In this document: positions 10,134-24,602 of the stretch, in pieces
Layout of the letters: every line of letters starts with the position of its first letter
How positions within the stretch are numbered: position 1 is the first letter of the stretch
NCBI GenBank assembly: GCA_964247055.1
Contig: OZ176052.1
Span: 14,260,001-14,324,000 of the forward strand
Direction: 5' to 3'
DNA: 64,000 bases
Source of the DNA: Paragordius varius
Lineage: Eukaryota; Animalia; Nematomorpha
Notes under the pieces: generated by a model
What the model saw: only the letters and a program-made list of their open reading frames with translations
What the model was told of the DNA's origin: nothing
Databases searched by the model: none
Program-made: the position numbers and the translations under genes

Positions 10134-13100
10134 TTACATTTATACTCCGATCTCGAAAATATTTGGGGTGATGATGGAACTACCATAGGGCTACCCAAAA
10201 AAAATTATAGTGACATCACCTGATCAAATTTGGATTTTAGGTAGCCATTTTTATTTTTAAAATCGTATAAAATAAATTTTTTAAATATTTAAAAAATTCA
10301 TAAAAATTACATTTATAGTCCGATCACAATATTTGGGGTGATGATGGAACTACCATAGGGCTACCCAAAAAAAATTATAGTGACATCACCTGATCAAATT
10401 TGTATTTTAGGTAGCCATTTTTATTTTTAAAATCGTATAAAATAAATTTTTTAAATATTTAAAAAATTCATAAAAATTACATTTATAGTCCGATCCCCAA
10501 AATATTTGAGGTGATGATGGAACAACCATAGGGCTACGCAAAAAAAATTATGGCGACATCACCTGATCAAATTTGGATTTTAGGTAGCCATTTTTATTTT
10601 TAAAATCGTATAAAATAAATTTTTTAAATATTTAAAAAATTCAAAAAAATTACATTTATACTCCGATCTCGAAAATATTTGGGGTGATGATGGAACTATT
10701 ATAGGGCTACCTAAAAAAAATTATGGCGACATCACCTGATCAAATTTGGATTTTAGGTAGCCATTTTTATTTTAAAAATCGTCTAAAATAAATTTTTTAA
10801 ATATTTAAAAAATTCATAAAAATTACATTTATACTCCGATCTCGAAAATATTTGGGGTGATGATGGAACTACCATAGGGCTACCCAAAAAAAATTATGGC
10901 GACATCACCTGATCAAATTTGGATTTTAGGTAGCCATTTTTATTTTTAAAATCGTATAAAATAAATTTTTTAAATATTTAAAAAATTCATAAAAATTACA
11001 TTTATAGTCCGATCACAATATTTGGGGTGATGATGGAACTACCATAGGGCTACCCAAAAAAAATTATAGTGACATCACCTGATCAAATTTGGATTTTAGG
11101 TAGCCATTTTTATTTTTAAAATCGTATAAAATAAATTTTTTAAATATTTAAAAAATTCATAAAAATTACATTTATAGTCCGATCCCCAAAATATTTGGGG
11201 TGATGATGGAACAACCATAGGGCTACGCAAAAAAATTTATGGCGACATCACCTGATCAAATTTGGATTTTAGGTAGCCATTTTTATTTTTAAAATCGTAT
11301 AAAATAAATTTTTTAAATATTTAAAAAATTCATAAAAATTACATTTATACTCCGATCTCGAAAATATTTGGGGTGATGATGGAACTACCATAGGGCTACC
11401 CAAAAAAAATTATAGTGACATCACCTGATCAAATTTGGATTTTAGGTAACCATTTTTATTTTTAATATCGTATAAAATAAATTTTTAAAATATTTAAAAA
11501 ATTCATAAAAATTACATTTATAGTCCGATCACAATATTTGGGGTGATGATGGAACTACCATAGGGCTACCCAAAAAAAATTATGGCGACATCACCTGATC
11601 AAATTTGGATTTTAGGTAGCCATTTTTATTTTTAAAATCGTATAAAATAAATTAAATGTTTAAAAAATTCATAAAAATTACATTTATAGTCCGATCCCCA
11701 AAATATTTGGGGATGGAATTACCATAGGGCTACCCAAAAAAAATTATGGTGACATCACCTGATCAAATTTGGATTTTAGGTAGCCATTTTTATTTTTAAA
11801 ATCGTATAAAATAAATTTTTTAAATATTTAAAAAATTCATAAAAATTACATTTATACTCCGATCTCGAAAATATTTGGGGTGATGATGGAACTACCATAG
11901 GGCTACCCAAAAAAAATTATAGTGACATCACCTGATCAAATTTGGATTTTAGGTAGCCATTTTTATTTTAAAAATCGTCTAAAATAAATTTTTTAAATAT
12001 TTAAAAAATTCAAAAAAATTACATTTATACTCCGACCTCGAAAATATTTGGGGTGATGATGGAACTACCATAGGGCTACCCAAAAAAAATTATGGCGACA
12101 TCACCTGATCAAATTTGGATTTTAGGTAGCCATTTTTATTTTTAAAATCGTATAAAATAAATTTTTTAAATATTTAAAAATTCATAAAAATTACATTTAT
12201 ACTCCGATCTCGAAAATATTTGGGGTGATGATGGAACTACCATAGGGCTACCCAAAAAAAATTATAGTGACATCACCTGATCAAATTTGGATTTTAGGTA
12301 GCCATTTTTATTTTTAAAATCGTATAAAATAAATTTTTTAAATATTTAAAAAATTCATAAAAATTACATTTATAGTCCGATCACAATATTTGGGGTGATG
12401 ATGGAACTACCATAGGGCTACCCAAAAAAAATTATACTGACATCACCTGATCAAATTTGGATTTTAGGTAGCCATTTTTATTTTTAAAATCGTATAAAAT
12501 AAATTTTTTAAATATTTAAAAAATTCATAAAAATTACATTTATAGTCCGATCCCCAAAATATTTGAGGTGATGATGGAACAACCATAGGGCTACGCAAAA
12601 AAAATTATGGCGACATCACCTGATCAAATTTGGATTTTAGGTAGCCATTTTTATTTTTAAAATCGTATAAAATAAATTTTTTAAATATTTAAAAAATTCA
12701 AAAAAATTACATTTATACTCCGATCTCGAAAATATTTGGGGTGATGATGGAACTATTATAGGGCTACCTAAAAAAAATTATGGCGACATCACCTGATCAA
12801 ATTTGGATTTTAGGTAGCCATTTTTATTTTTAAAATCGTATAAAATAAATTTTTTAAATATTTAAAAAATTCATAAAAATTACATTTATACTCCGATCTC
12901 GAAAATATTTGGGGTGATGATGGAACTACCATAGGGCTACCCAAAAAAAATTATAGTGACATCACCTGATCAAATTTGGATTTTAGGTAGCCATTTTTAT
13001 TTTTAAAATCGTATAAAATAAATTTTTTAAATATTTAAAAAATTCATAAAAATTACATTTATAGTCCGATCACAATATTTGGGGTGATGATGGAACTACC

Positions 13101-14248
13101 ATAGGGCTACCCAAAAAAAATTATAGTGACATCACCTGATCAAATTTGGATTTTAGGTAGCCATTTTTATTTTTAAAATCGTATAAAATAAATTTTTTAA
13201 ATATTTAAAAAATTCATAAAAATTACATTTATAGTCCGATCCCCAAAATATTTGGGGTGATGATGGAACAACCATAGGGCTACGCAAAAAAAATTATGGC
13301 GACATCACCTGATCAAATTTGGATTTTAGGTAGCCATTTTTATTTTTAAAATCGTATAAAATAAATTTTTTAAATATTTAAAAAATTCATAAAAATTACA
13401 TTTATACTCCGATCTCGAAAATATTTGGGGTGATGATGGAACTACCATAGGGCTACCCAAAAAAAATTATAGTGACATCACCTGATCAAATTTGGATTTT
13501 AGGTAACCATTTTTATTTTTAATATCGTATAAAATAAATTTTTAAAATATTTAAAAAATTCATAAAAATTACATTTATAGTCCGATCACAATATTTGGGG
13601 TGATGATGGAACTACCATAGGGCTACCCAAAAAAAATTATGGCGACATCACCTGATCAAATTTGGATTTTAGGTAGCCATTTTTATTTTTAAAATCGTAT
13701 AAAATAAATTAAATGTTTAAAAAATTCATAAAAATTACATTTATAGTCCGATCCCCAAAATATTTGGGGATGGAATTACCATAGGGCTACCCAAAAAAAA
13801 TTATGGTGACATCACCTGATCAAATTTGGATTTTAGGTAGCCATTTTTATTTTTAAAATCGTATAAAATAAATTTTTTAAATATTTAAAAAATTCATAAA
13901 AATTACATTTATACTCCGATCTCGAAAATATTTGGGGTGATGATGGAACTACCATAGGGCTACCCAAAAAAAATTATAGTGACATCACCTGATCAAATTT
14001 GGATTTTAGGTAACCATTTTTATTTTTAATATCGTATAAAATAAATTTTTTAAATATTTAAAAAATTCATAAAAATTACATTTATAGTCCGATCCCCAAA
14101 ATATTTGGGGTGATGATGGAACTACCATAGGGCTACCCAAAAAAAATTATAGTGACATCACCTGATCAAATTTGGATTTTAGGTAGCCATTTTTATTTTT
14201 AAAATCGTATAAAATAAATTTTTTAAATATTTAAAAAATTCAAAAAAA
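10134..14248. repeat. 12-monomer higher-order repeat (about 2057 bp), two tandem copies
   Basis: Markers ctattata at 10696/12753, ttaaatgttt deletion at 11652/13709 and 5-A tract at 10124/12181 are all 2057 bp apart. Confidence 0.92.
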
Positions 14249-15111
14249 TTACATTTATACTCCGATCTCGAAAATATTTAAGGTGATGATGGAACTACCA
14301 TAGGGGTACCCAAAAAAAATTATGGCGACATCACCTGATCAAATTTGGATTTTAGGTAGCCATTTTTATTTTTAAAATCGTATAAAATAAATTTTTTAAA
14401 TGTTTAAAAAATTCATAAAAATTACATTTATAGTCCGATCCCCAAAATATTTGGGGTGATGATGGAATTACCATAGGGCTACCCAAAAAAATTATGGTGA
14501 CATCACCTAATCAAATTTGGATTTTAGGTAGCCATTTTTATTTTTAAAATCGTATAAAATAAATTTTTTAAATATTTAAAAAATTCATAAAAATTACATT
14601 TATACTCCGATCTCGAAAATATTTGGGGTGATGATGGAACTACCATAGGGCTACCCAAAAAAAATTATATTGACATCACCTGATCAAATTTGGATTTTAG
14701 GTAACCATTTTTATTTTTAATATCGTATAAAATAAATTTTTTAAATATTTAAAAAATTCATAAAAATTACATTTATAGTCCGATCCCCAAAATATTTGGG
14801 GTGATGATGAAACTACCATAGGGCTACCCAAAAAAAATTATAGTGACATCACCTGATCAAATTTGGATTTTAGGTAGCCATTTTTATTTTTAAAATCGTA
14901 TAAAATAAATTTTTAAAATATTTAAAAAATTCATAAAAATTACATTTATAGTCCGATCCCCAAAATATTTGGGGTGATGATGGAACTACCATAGGGCTAC
15001 CCATAAAAAATATGGTGACATCACCTGATCAAATTTGGATTTTAGGTAGCCATTTTTATTTTTAAAATCGTATAAAATAAATTTTTTAAATATTTAAAAA
15101 ATTCATAAAAA

Positions 15112-18100
15112 TTACATTTATACTCCGATCTCGAAAATATTTGGGGTGATGATGGAACTACCATAGGGCTACCCAAAAAAAATTATAGTGACATCACCTG
15201 ATCAAATTTGGATTTTAGGCAGCCATTTTTATTTTTAAAATCGTATAAAATAAATTTTTTAAATATTTAAAAAATTCATAAAAATTACATTTATAGTCCG
15301 ATCCCCAAAATATTTGAGGTGATGATGGAACAACCATAGGGCTACGCAAAAAAAATTATGGCGACATCACCTGATCAAATTTGGATTTTAGGTAGCCATT
15401 TTTATTTTTAAAATCGTAAAAAATAAATTTTTTAAATATTTAAAAAATTGAAAAAAATTACATTTATACTCCGATCTCGAAAATATTTGGGGTGATGATG
15501 GAACTACCATAGGGCTACCCAAAAAAAATTATGGCGACATCACCTGATCAAATTTGGATTTTAGGTAGCCATTTTTATTTTTAAAATCGTATAAAATAAA
15601 TTTTTTAAATAATTAAAAAATTCATAAAAATTACATTTATACTCCGATCTCGAAAATATTTGGGGTGATGATGGAACTACCATAGGCCTACCCAAGAAAA
15701 ATTATAGTGACATCACCTGATCAAATTTGGATTTTAGGTAGCCATTTTTATTTTTAAAATCGTATAAAATAAATTTTTTAAATATTTAAAAAATTCATAA
15801 AAATTACATTTATAGTCCGATCCCCAAAATATTTGGGGTGATGATGGAATTACCATAGGGCTACCCAAAAAAAATTATGGTGACATCACCTGATCAAATT
15901 TGGATTTTAGGTAGCCATTTTTATTTTTAATATCGTATAAAATAAATTTTTTAAATATTTAAAAAATTCATAAAAATTACATTTATAGTCCGATCCACAA
16001 AATATTTGAGGTGATGATGGAACAACCATAGGGCTACGCAAAAAAAATTATGGCGACATCACCTGATCAAATTTGGATTTTAGGTAGCCATTTTTATTTT
16101 TAAAATCGTATAAAATAAATTTTTTAAATATTTAAAAAATTCAAAAAAATTACATTTATACTCCGATCTCGAAAATATTTGGGGTGATGATGGAACTACC
16201 ATAGGGCTACCCAAAAAAAATTATGGCGACATCACCTGATCAAATTTGGATTTTAGGTAGCCATTTTTATTTTTAAAATCGTATAAAATAAATTTTTAAA
16301 ATATTTAAAAAATTCATAAAAATTACATTTATAGTCCGATCCCCAAAATATTTGGGGTGATGATGGAACTACCATAGGGCTACCCAAAAAAAATATGGTG
16401 ACATCACCTGATCAAATTTGGATTTTAGGTAGCCATTTTTATTTTTAAAATCGTATAAAATAAATTTTTTAAATATTTAAAAAATTCATAAAAATTACAT
16501 TTATACTCCGATCTCGAAAATATTTGGGGTGATGATGGAACTACCATAGGGCTACCCAAAAAAAATTATAGTGACATCACCTGATCAAATTTGGATTTTA
16601 GGTAGCCATTTTTATTTTTAAAATCGTATAAAATAAATTTTTTAAATATTTAAAAAATTCATAAAAATTACATTTATAGTCCGATCCCCAAAATATTTGA
16701 GGTGATGATGGAACAACCATAGGGCTACGCAAAAAAAATTATGGCGACATCACCTGATCAAATTTGGATTTTAGGTAGCCATTTTTATTTTTAAAATCGT
16801 AAAAAATAAATTTTTTAAATATTTAAAAAATTCAAAAAAATTACATTTATACTCCGATCTCGAAAATATTTGGGGTGATGATGGAACTACCATAGGGCTA
16901 CCCAAAAAAAATTATGGCGACATCACCTGATCAAATTTGGATTTTAGGTAGCCATTTTTATTTTTAAAATCGTATAAAATAAATTTTTTAAATAATTAAA
17001 AAATTCATAAAAATTACATTTATACTCCGATCTCGAAAATATTTGGGGTGATGATGGAACTACCATAGGCCTACCCAAGAAAAATTATAGTGACATCACC
17101 TGATCAAATTTGGATTTTAGGTAGCCATTTTTATTTTTAAAATCGTATAAAATAAATTTTTTAAATATTTAAAAAATTCATAAAAATTACATTTATAGTC
17201 CGATCCCCAAAATATTTGGGGTGATGATGGAATTACCATAGGGCTACCCAAAAAAAATTATGGTGACATCACCTGATCAAATTTGGATTTTAGGTAGCCA
17301 TTTTTATTTTTAATATCGTATAAAATAAATTTTTTAAATATTTAAAAAATTCATAAAAATTACATTTATAGTCCGATCCACAAAATATTTGAGGTGATGA
17401 TGGAACAACCATAGGGCTACGCAAAAAAAATTATGGCGACATCACCTGATCAAATTTGGATTTTAGGTAGCCATTTTTATTTTTAAAATCGTATAAAATA
17501 AATTTTTTAAATATTTAAAAAATTCAAAAAAATTACATTTATACTCCGATCTCGAAAATATTTGGGGTGATGATGGAACTACCATAGGGCTACCCAAAAA
17601 AAATTATGGCGACATCACCTGATCAAATTTGGATTTTAGGTAGCCATTTTTATTTTTAAAATCGTATAAAATAAATTTTTTAAATATTTAAAAAATTCAT
17701 AAAAATTACATTTATACTCCGATCTCGAAAATATTTGGGGTGATGATGGAACTACCATAGGGCTACCCAAAAAAAATTATAGTGACATCACCTGATCAAA
17801 TTTGGATTTTAGGTAGCCATTTTTATTTTTAAAATCGTATAAAATAAATTTTTAAATATTTAAAAAATTCATAAAAATTACATTTATACTCCGATCTCGA
17901 AAATATTTGGGGTGATGATGGAACTACCATAGGGCTACCCAAAAAAAATTATAGTGACATTACCTGATCAAATTTGGATTTTAGGTAGCCATTTTTATTT
18001 TTAAAATCGTATAAAATAAATTTTTTAAATATTTAAAAAATTCATAAAAATTACATTTATAGTCCGATCCCCAAAATATTTGAGGTGATGATGGAACAAC

Positions 18101-19260
18101 CATAGGGCTACGCAAAAAAAATTATGGCGACATCACCTGATCAAATTTGGATTTTAGGTAGCCATTTTTATTTTTAAAATCGTAAAAAATAAATTTTTTA
18201 AATATTTAAAAAATTCAAAAAAATTACATTTATACTCCGATCTCGAAAATATTTGGGGTGATGATGGAACTACCATAGGGCTACCCAAAAAAAATTATGG
18301 CGACATCACCTGATCCAATTTGGATTTTAGGTAGCCATTTTTATTTTTAAAATCGTATAAAATAAATTTTTTAAATATTTAAAAAATTCATAAAAATTAC
18401 ATTTATACTCCGATCTCGAAAATATTTGGGGTGATGATGGAACTACCATAGGCCTACCCAAGAAAAATTATAGTGCATCACCTGATCAAATTTGGATTTT
18501 AGGTAGCCATTTTTATTTTTAAAATCGTATAAAATAAATTTTTTAAATATTTAAAAAATTCATAAAAATTACATTTATAGTCCGATCCCCAAAATATTTG
18601 GGGTGATGATGGAATTACCATAGGGCTACCCAAAAAAAATTATGGTGACATCACCTGATCAAATTTGGATTTTAGGTAGCCATTTTTATTTTTAATATCG
18701 TATAAAATAAATTTTTTAAATATTTAAAAAATTCATAAAAATTACATTTATAGTCCGATCCACAAAATATTTGAGGTGATGATGGAACAACCATAGGGCT
18801 ACGCAAAAAAAATTATGGCGACATCACCTGATCAAATTTGGATTTTAGGTAGCCATTTTTATTTTTAAAATCGTATAAAATAAATTTTTTAAATATTTAA
18901 AAAATTCAAAAAAATTACATTTATACTCCGATCTCGAAAATATTTGGGGTGATGATGGAACTACCATAGGGCTACCCAAAAAAAATTATGGCGACATCAC
19001 CTGATCAAATTTGGATTTTAGGTAGCCATTTTTATTTTTAAAATCGTATAAAATAAATTTTTTAAATATTTAAAAAATTCATAAAAATTACATTTATACT
19101 CCGATCTCGAAAATATTTGGGGTGATGATGGAACTATGATAGGGCTACCCAAAAAAAATTATAGTGACATCACCTGATCAAATTTGGATTTTAGGTAGCC
19201 ATTTTTATTTTTAAAATCGTATAAAATAAATTTTTTAAATATTTAAAAAATTCATAAAAA
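15112..19260. repeat. 8-monomer higher-order repeat (1383 bp), three tandem copies
   Basis: taggcctacccaagaaaa at 15685, 17068 and 18451; gatccacaaaa at 15997, 17380 and 18762; unit starts at 15112, 16495, 17878, next at 19261. Confidence 0.92.
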
Positions 19261-21322
19261 TTACATTTATACTCCGATCTCGAAAATATTTGGGGTGATG
19301 ATGGAACTACCATAGGGCTACCCAAAAAAAATTATAGTGACATCACCTGATCAAATTTGGATTTTAGGTAGCCATTTTTATTTTTAAAATCGTATAAAAT
19401 AAATTTTTTAAATATTTAAAAAATTCATAAAAATTACATTTATAGTCCGATCCCCAAAATATTTGGGGTGATGATGGAACTACCATAGGGCTACCCAAAA
19501 AAAATTATAGTGACATCATCTGATCAAATTTGGATTTTAGGTAGCCATTTTTATTTTTAAAATCGTAAAAAATAAATTTTTTAAATATTTAAAAAATTCA
19601 AACAAATTACATTTATACTCCGATCTCGAAAATATTTGGGGTGATGATGGAACTACCATAGGGCTACCCAAAAAAAATTATGGCGACATCACCTGATCAA
19701 ATTTGGATTTTAGGTAGCCATTTTTATTTTTAAAATCGTATAAAATAAATTTTTTAAATGTTTAAAAAATTCATAAAAATTACATTTATAGTCCGATCCA
19801 CAAAATATTTGGGGTGATGATGGAATTACCATAGGGCTACCCAAAAAAATTATGGTGACATCACCTGATCAAATTTGGATTTTATGTAGCCATTTTTATT
19901 TTTAAAATCGTATAAAATAAATTTTTTAAATATTTAAAAAATTCATAAAAATTACATTTATAGTCCGATCCCCAAAATATTTGGGGTGATGATGGAACAA
20001 CCATAGGGCTACGCAAAAAAAATTATGGCGACATCACCTGATCAAATTTGGATTTTAGGTAGCCATTTTTATTTTTAAAATCGTATAAAATAAATTTTTT
20101 AAATATTTAAAAAATTCAAAAAAATTACATTTATACTCCGATCTCGAAATTATTTGGGGTGATGATGGAACTACCATAGGGCTACCCAAAAAAATTATGG
20201 CGACATCACCTGATCAAATTTGGATTTTAGGTAGCCATTTTTATTTTTAAAATCGTATAAAATAAATTTTTTAAATGTTTAAAAAATTCATAAAAATTAC
20301 ATTTATAGTCCGATCCCCAAAATATTTGGGGTGATGATGGAATTACCATAGGGCTACCCAAAAAAAATTATGGTGACATCACCTGATCAAATTTGGATTT
20401 TAGGTAGCCATTTTTATTTTTAAAATCGTATAAAATAAATTTTTTAAATATTTAAAAAATTCATAAAAATTACATTTATACTCCGATCTCGAAAATATTT
20501 GGGGTGATGATGGAACTACCATAGGGCTACCCAAAAAAAATTATAGTGACATCACCTGATCAAATTTGGATTTTAGGTAACCATTTTTATTTTTAATATC
20601 GTATAAAATAAATTTTTAAAATATTTAAAAAATTCATAAAAATTACATTTATAGTCCGATCACAATATTTGGGGTGATGATGGAACTACCATAGGGCTAC
20701 CCAAAAAAAATTATGGCGACATCACCTGATCAAATTTGGATTTTAGGTAGCCATTTTTATTTTTAAAATCGTATAAAATAAATTAAATGTTTAAAAAATT
20801 CATAAAAATTACATTTATAGTCCGATCCCCAAAATATTTGTGGATGGAATTACCATAGGGCTACCCAAAAAAAATTATGGTGACATCACCTGATCAAATT
20901 TGGATTTTAGGTAGCCATTTTTATTTTTAAAATCGTATAAAATAAATTTTTTAAATATTTAAAAAATTCATAAAAATTACATTTATACTCCGATCTCGAA
21001 AATATTTGGGGTGATGATGGAACTACCATAGGGCTACCCAAAAAAAATTATAGTGACATCACCTGATCAAATTTGGATTTTAGGTAACCATTTTTATTTT
21101 TAATATCGTATAAAATAAATTTTTTAAATATTTAAAAAATTCATAAAAATTACATTTATAGTCCGATCCCCAAAATATTTGGGGTGATGATGGAACTACC
21201 ATAGGGCTACCCAAAAAAAATTATAGTGACATCACCTGATCAAATTTGGATTTTAGGTAGCCATTTTTATTTTTAAAATCGTATAAAATAAATTTTTTAA
21301 ATATTTAAAAAATTCAAAAAAA

Positions 21323-24300
21323 TTACATTTATACTCCGATCTCGAAAATATTTAAGGTGATGATGGAACTACCATAGGGGTACCCAAAAAAAATTATGGC
21401 GACATCACCTGATCAAATTTGGATTTTACGTAGCCATTTTTATTTTTAAAATCGTATAAAATAAATTTTTTAAATGTTTAAAAAATTCATAAAAATTACA
21501 TTTATAGTCCGATTTCCAAAATATTTGGGGTGATGATGGAATTACCATAGGGCTACCCAAAAAAATTATGGTGACATCACCTAATCAAATTTGGATTTTA
21601 GGTAGCCATTTTTATTTTTAAAATCGTATAAAATAAATTTTTTAAATATTTAAAAAATTCATAAAAATTACATTTATACTCCGATCTCGAAAATATTTGG
21701 GGTGATGATGGAACTACCATAGGGCTACCCAAAAAAAATTATATTGACATCACCTGATCAAATTTGGATTTTAGGTAACCATTTTTATTTTTAATATCGT
21801 ATAAAATAAATTTTTTAAATATTTAAAAAATTCATAAAAATTACATTTATAGTCCGATCCCCAAAATATTTGGGGTGATGATGAAACTACCATAGGGCTA
21901 CCCAAAAAAAATTATAGTGACATCACCTGATCAAATTTGGATTTTAGGTAGCCATTTTTATTTTAAAAATCGTCTAAAATAAATTTTTTAAATATTTAAA
22001 AAATTCAAAAAAATTACATTTATACTCCGATCTCGAAAATATTTGGGGTGATGATGGAACTACCATAGGGCTACCCAAAAAAAATTATGGCGACATCACC
22101 TGATCAAATTTGGATTTTAGGTAGCCATTTTTATTTTTAAAATCGTATAAAATAAATTTTTTAAATATTTAAAAATTCATAAAAATTACATTTATACTCC
22201 GATCTCGAAAATATTTGGGGTGATGATGGAACTACCATAGGGCTACCCAAAAAAAATTATAGTGACATCACCTGATCAAATTTGGATTTTAGGTAGCCAT
22301 TTTTATTTTTAAAATCGTATAAAATAAATTTTTTAAATATTTAAAAAATTCAAAAAAATTACATTTATACTCCGATCTCGAAAATATTTAAGGTGATGAT
22401 GGAACTACCATAGGGGTACCCAAAAAAAATTATGGCGACATCACCTGATCAAATTTGGATTTTACGTAGCCATTTTTATTTTTAAAATCGTATAAAATAA
22501 ATTTTTTAAATGTTTAAAAAATTCATAAAAATTACATTTATAGTCCGATTTCCAAAATATTTGGGGTGATGATGGAATTACCATAGGGCTACCCAAAAAA
22601 ATTATGGTGACATCACCTGATCAAATTTGGATTTTAGGTAGCCATTTTTATTTTTAAAATCGTATAAAATAAATTTTTTAAATATTTAAAAAATTCAAAA
22701 AAATTACATTTATACTCCGATCTCGAAAATATTTAAGGTGATGATGGAACTACCATAGGGGTACCCAAAAAAAATTATGGCGACATCACCTGATCAAATT
22801 TGGATTTTACGTAGCCATTTTTATTTTTAAAATCGTATAAAATAAATTTTTTAAATGTTTAAAAAATTCATAAAAATTACATTTATAGTCCGATTTCCAA
22901 AATATTTGGGGTGATGATGGAATTACCATAGGGCTACCCAAAAAAATTATGGTGACATCACCTAATCAAATTTGGATTTTAGGTAGCCATTTTTATTTTT
23001 AAAATCGTATAAAATAAATTTTTTAAATATTTAAAAAATTCATAAAAATTACATTTATACTCCGATCTCGAAAATATTTGGGGTGATGATGGAACTACCA
23101 TAGGGCTACCCAAAAAAAATTATATTGACATCACCTGATCAAATTTGGATTTTAGGTAACCATTTTTATTTTTAATATCGTATAAAATAAATTTTTTAAA
23201 TATTTAAAAAATTCATAAAAATTACATTTATAGTCCGATCCCCAAAATATTTGGGGTGATGATGAAACTACCATAGGGCTACCCAAAAAAAATTATAGTG
23301 ACATCACCTGATCAAATTTGGATTTTAGGTAGCCATTTTTATTTTAAAAATCGTCTAAAATAAATTTTTTAAATATTTAAAAAATTCAAAAAAATTACAT
23401 TTATACTCCGATCTCGAAAATATTTGGGGTGATGATGGAACTACCATAGGGCTACCCAAAAAAAATTATGGCGACATCACCTGATCAAATTTGGATTTTA
23501 GGTAGCCATTTTTATTTTTAAAATCGTATAAAATAAATTTTTTAAATATTTAAAAATTCATAAAAATTACATTTATACTCCGATCTCGAAAATATTTGGG
23601 GTGATGATGGAACTACCATAGGGCTACCCAAAAAAAATTATAGTGACATCACCTGATCAAATTTGGATTTTAGGTAGCCATTTTTATTTTTAAAATCGTA
23701 TAAAATAAATTTTTTAAATATTTAAAAAATTCAAAAAAATTACATTTATACTCCGATCTCGAAAATATTTAAGGTGATGATGGAACTACCATAGGGGTAC
23801 CCAAAAAAAATTATGGCGACATCACCTGATCAAATTTGGATTTTACGTAGCCATTTTTATTTTTAAAATCGTATAAAATAAATTTTTTAAATGTTTAAAA
23901 AATTCATAAAAATTACATTTATAGTCCGATTTCCAAAATATTTGGGGTGATGATGGAATTACCATAGGGCTACCCAAAAAAATTATGGTGACATCACCTA
24001 ATCAAATTTGGATTTTAGGTAGCCATTTTTATTTTTAAAATCGTATAAAATAAATTTTTTAAATATTTAAAAAATTCATAAAAATTACATTTATACTCCG
24101 ATCTCGAAAATATTTGGGGTGATGATGGAACTACCATAGGGCTACCCAAAAAAAATTATATTGACATCACCTGATCAAATTTGGATTTTAGGTAACCATT
24201 TTTATTTTTAATATCGTATAAAATAAATTTTTTAAATATTTAAAAAATTCATAAAAATTACATTTATAGTCCGATCCCCAAAATATTTGGGGTGATGATG

Positions 24301-24602
24301 AAACTACCATAGGGCTACCCAAAAAAAATTATAGTGACATCACCTGATCAAATTTGGATTTTAGGTAGCCATTTTTATTTTAAAAATCGTCTAAAATAAA
24401 TTTTTTAAATATTTAAAAAATTCAAAAAAATTACATTTATACTCCGATCTCGAAAATATTTGGGGTGATGATGGAACTACCATAGGGCTACCCAAAAAAA
24501 ATTATGGCGACATCACCTGATCAAATTTGGATTTTAGGTAGCCATTTTTATTTTTAAAATCGTATAAAATAAATTTTTTAAATATTTAAAAATTCATAAA
24601 AA
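21323..24602. repeat. 6-monomer higher-order repeat (1036 bp), about three copies plus an internal 2-monomer (345 bp) stutter
   Basis: tttaaggtg at 21351, 22387, 22732 and 23768; gatttccaaa at 21511, 22547, 22892 and 23928 (spacings 1036/345/1036). Confidence 0.9.
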
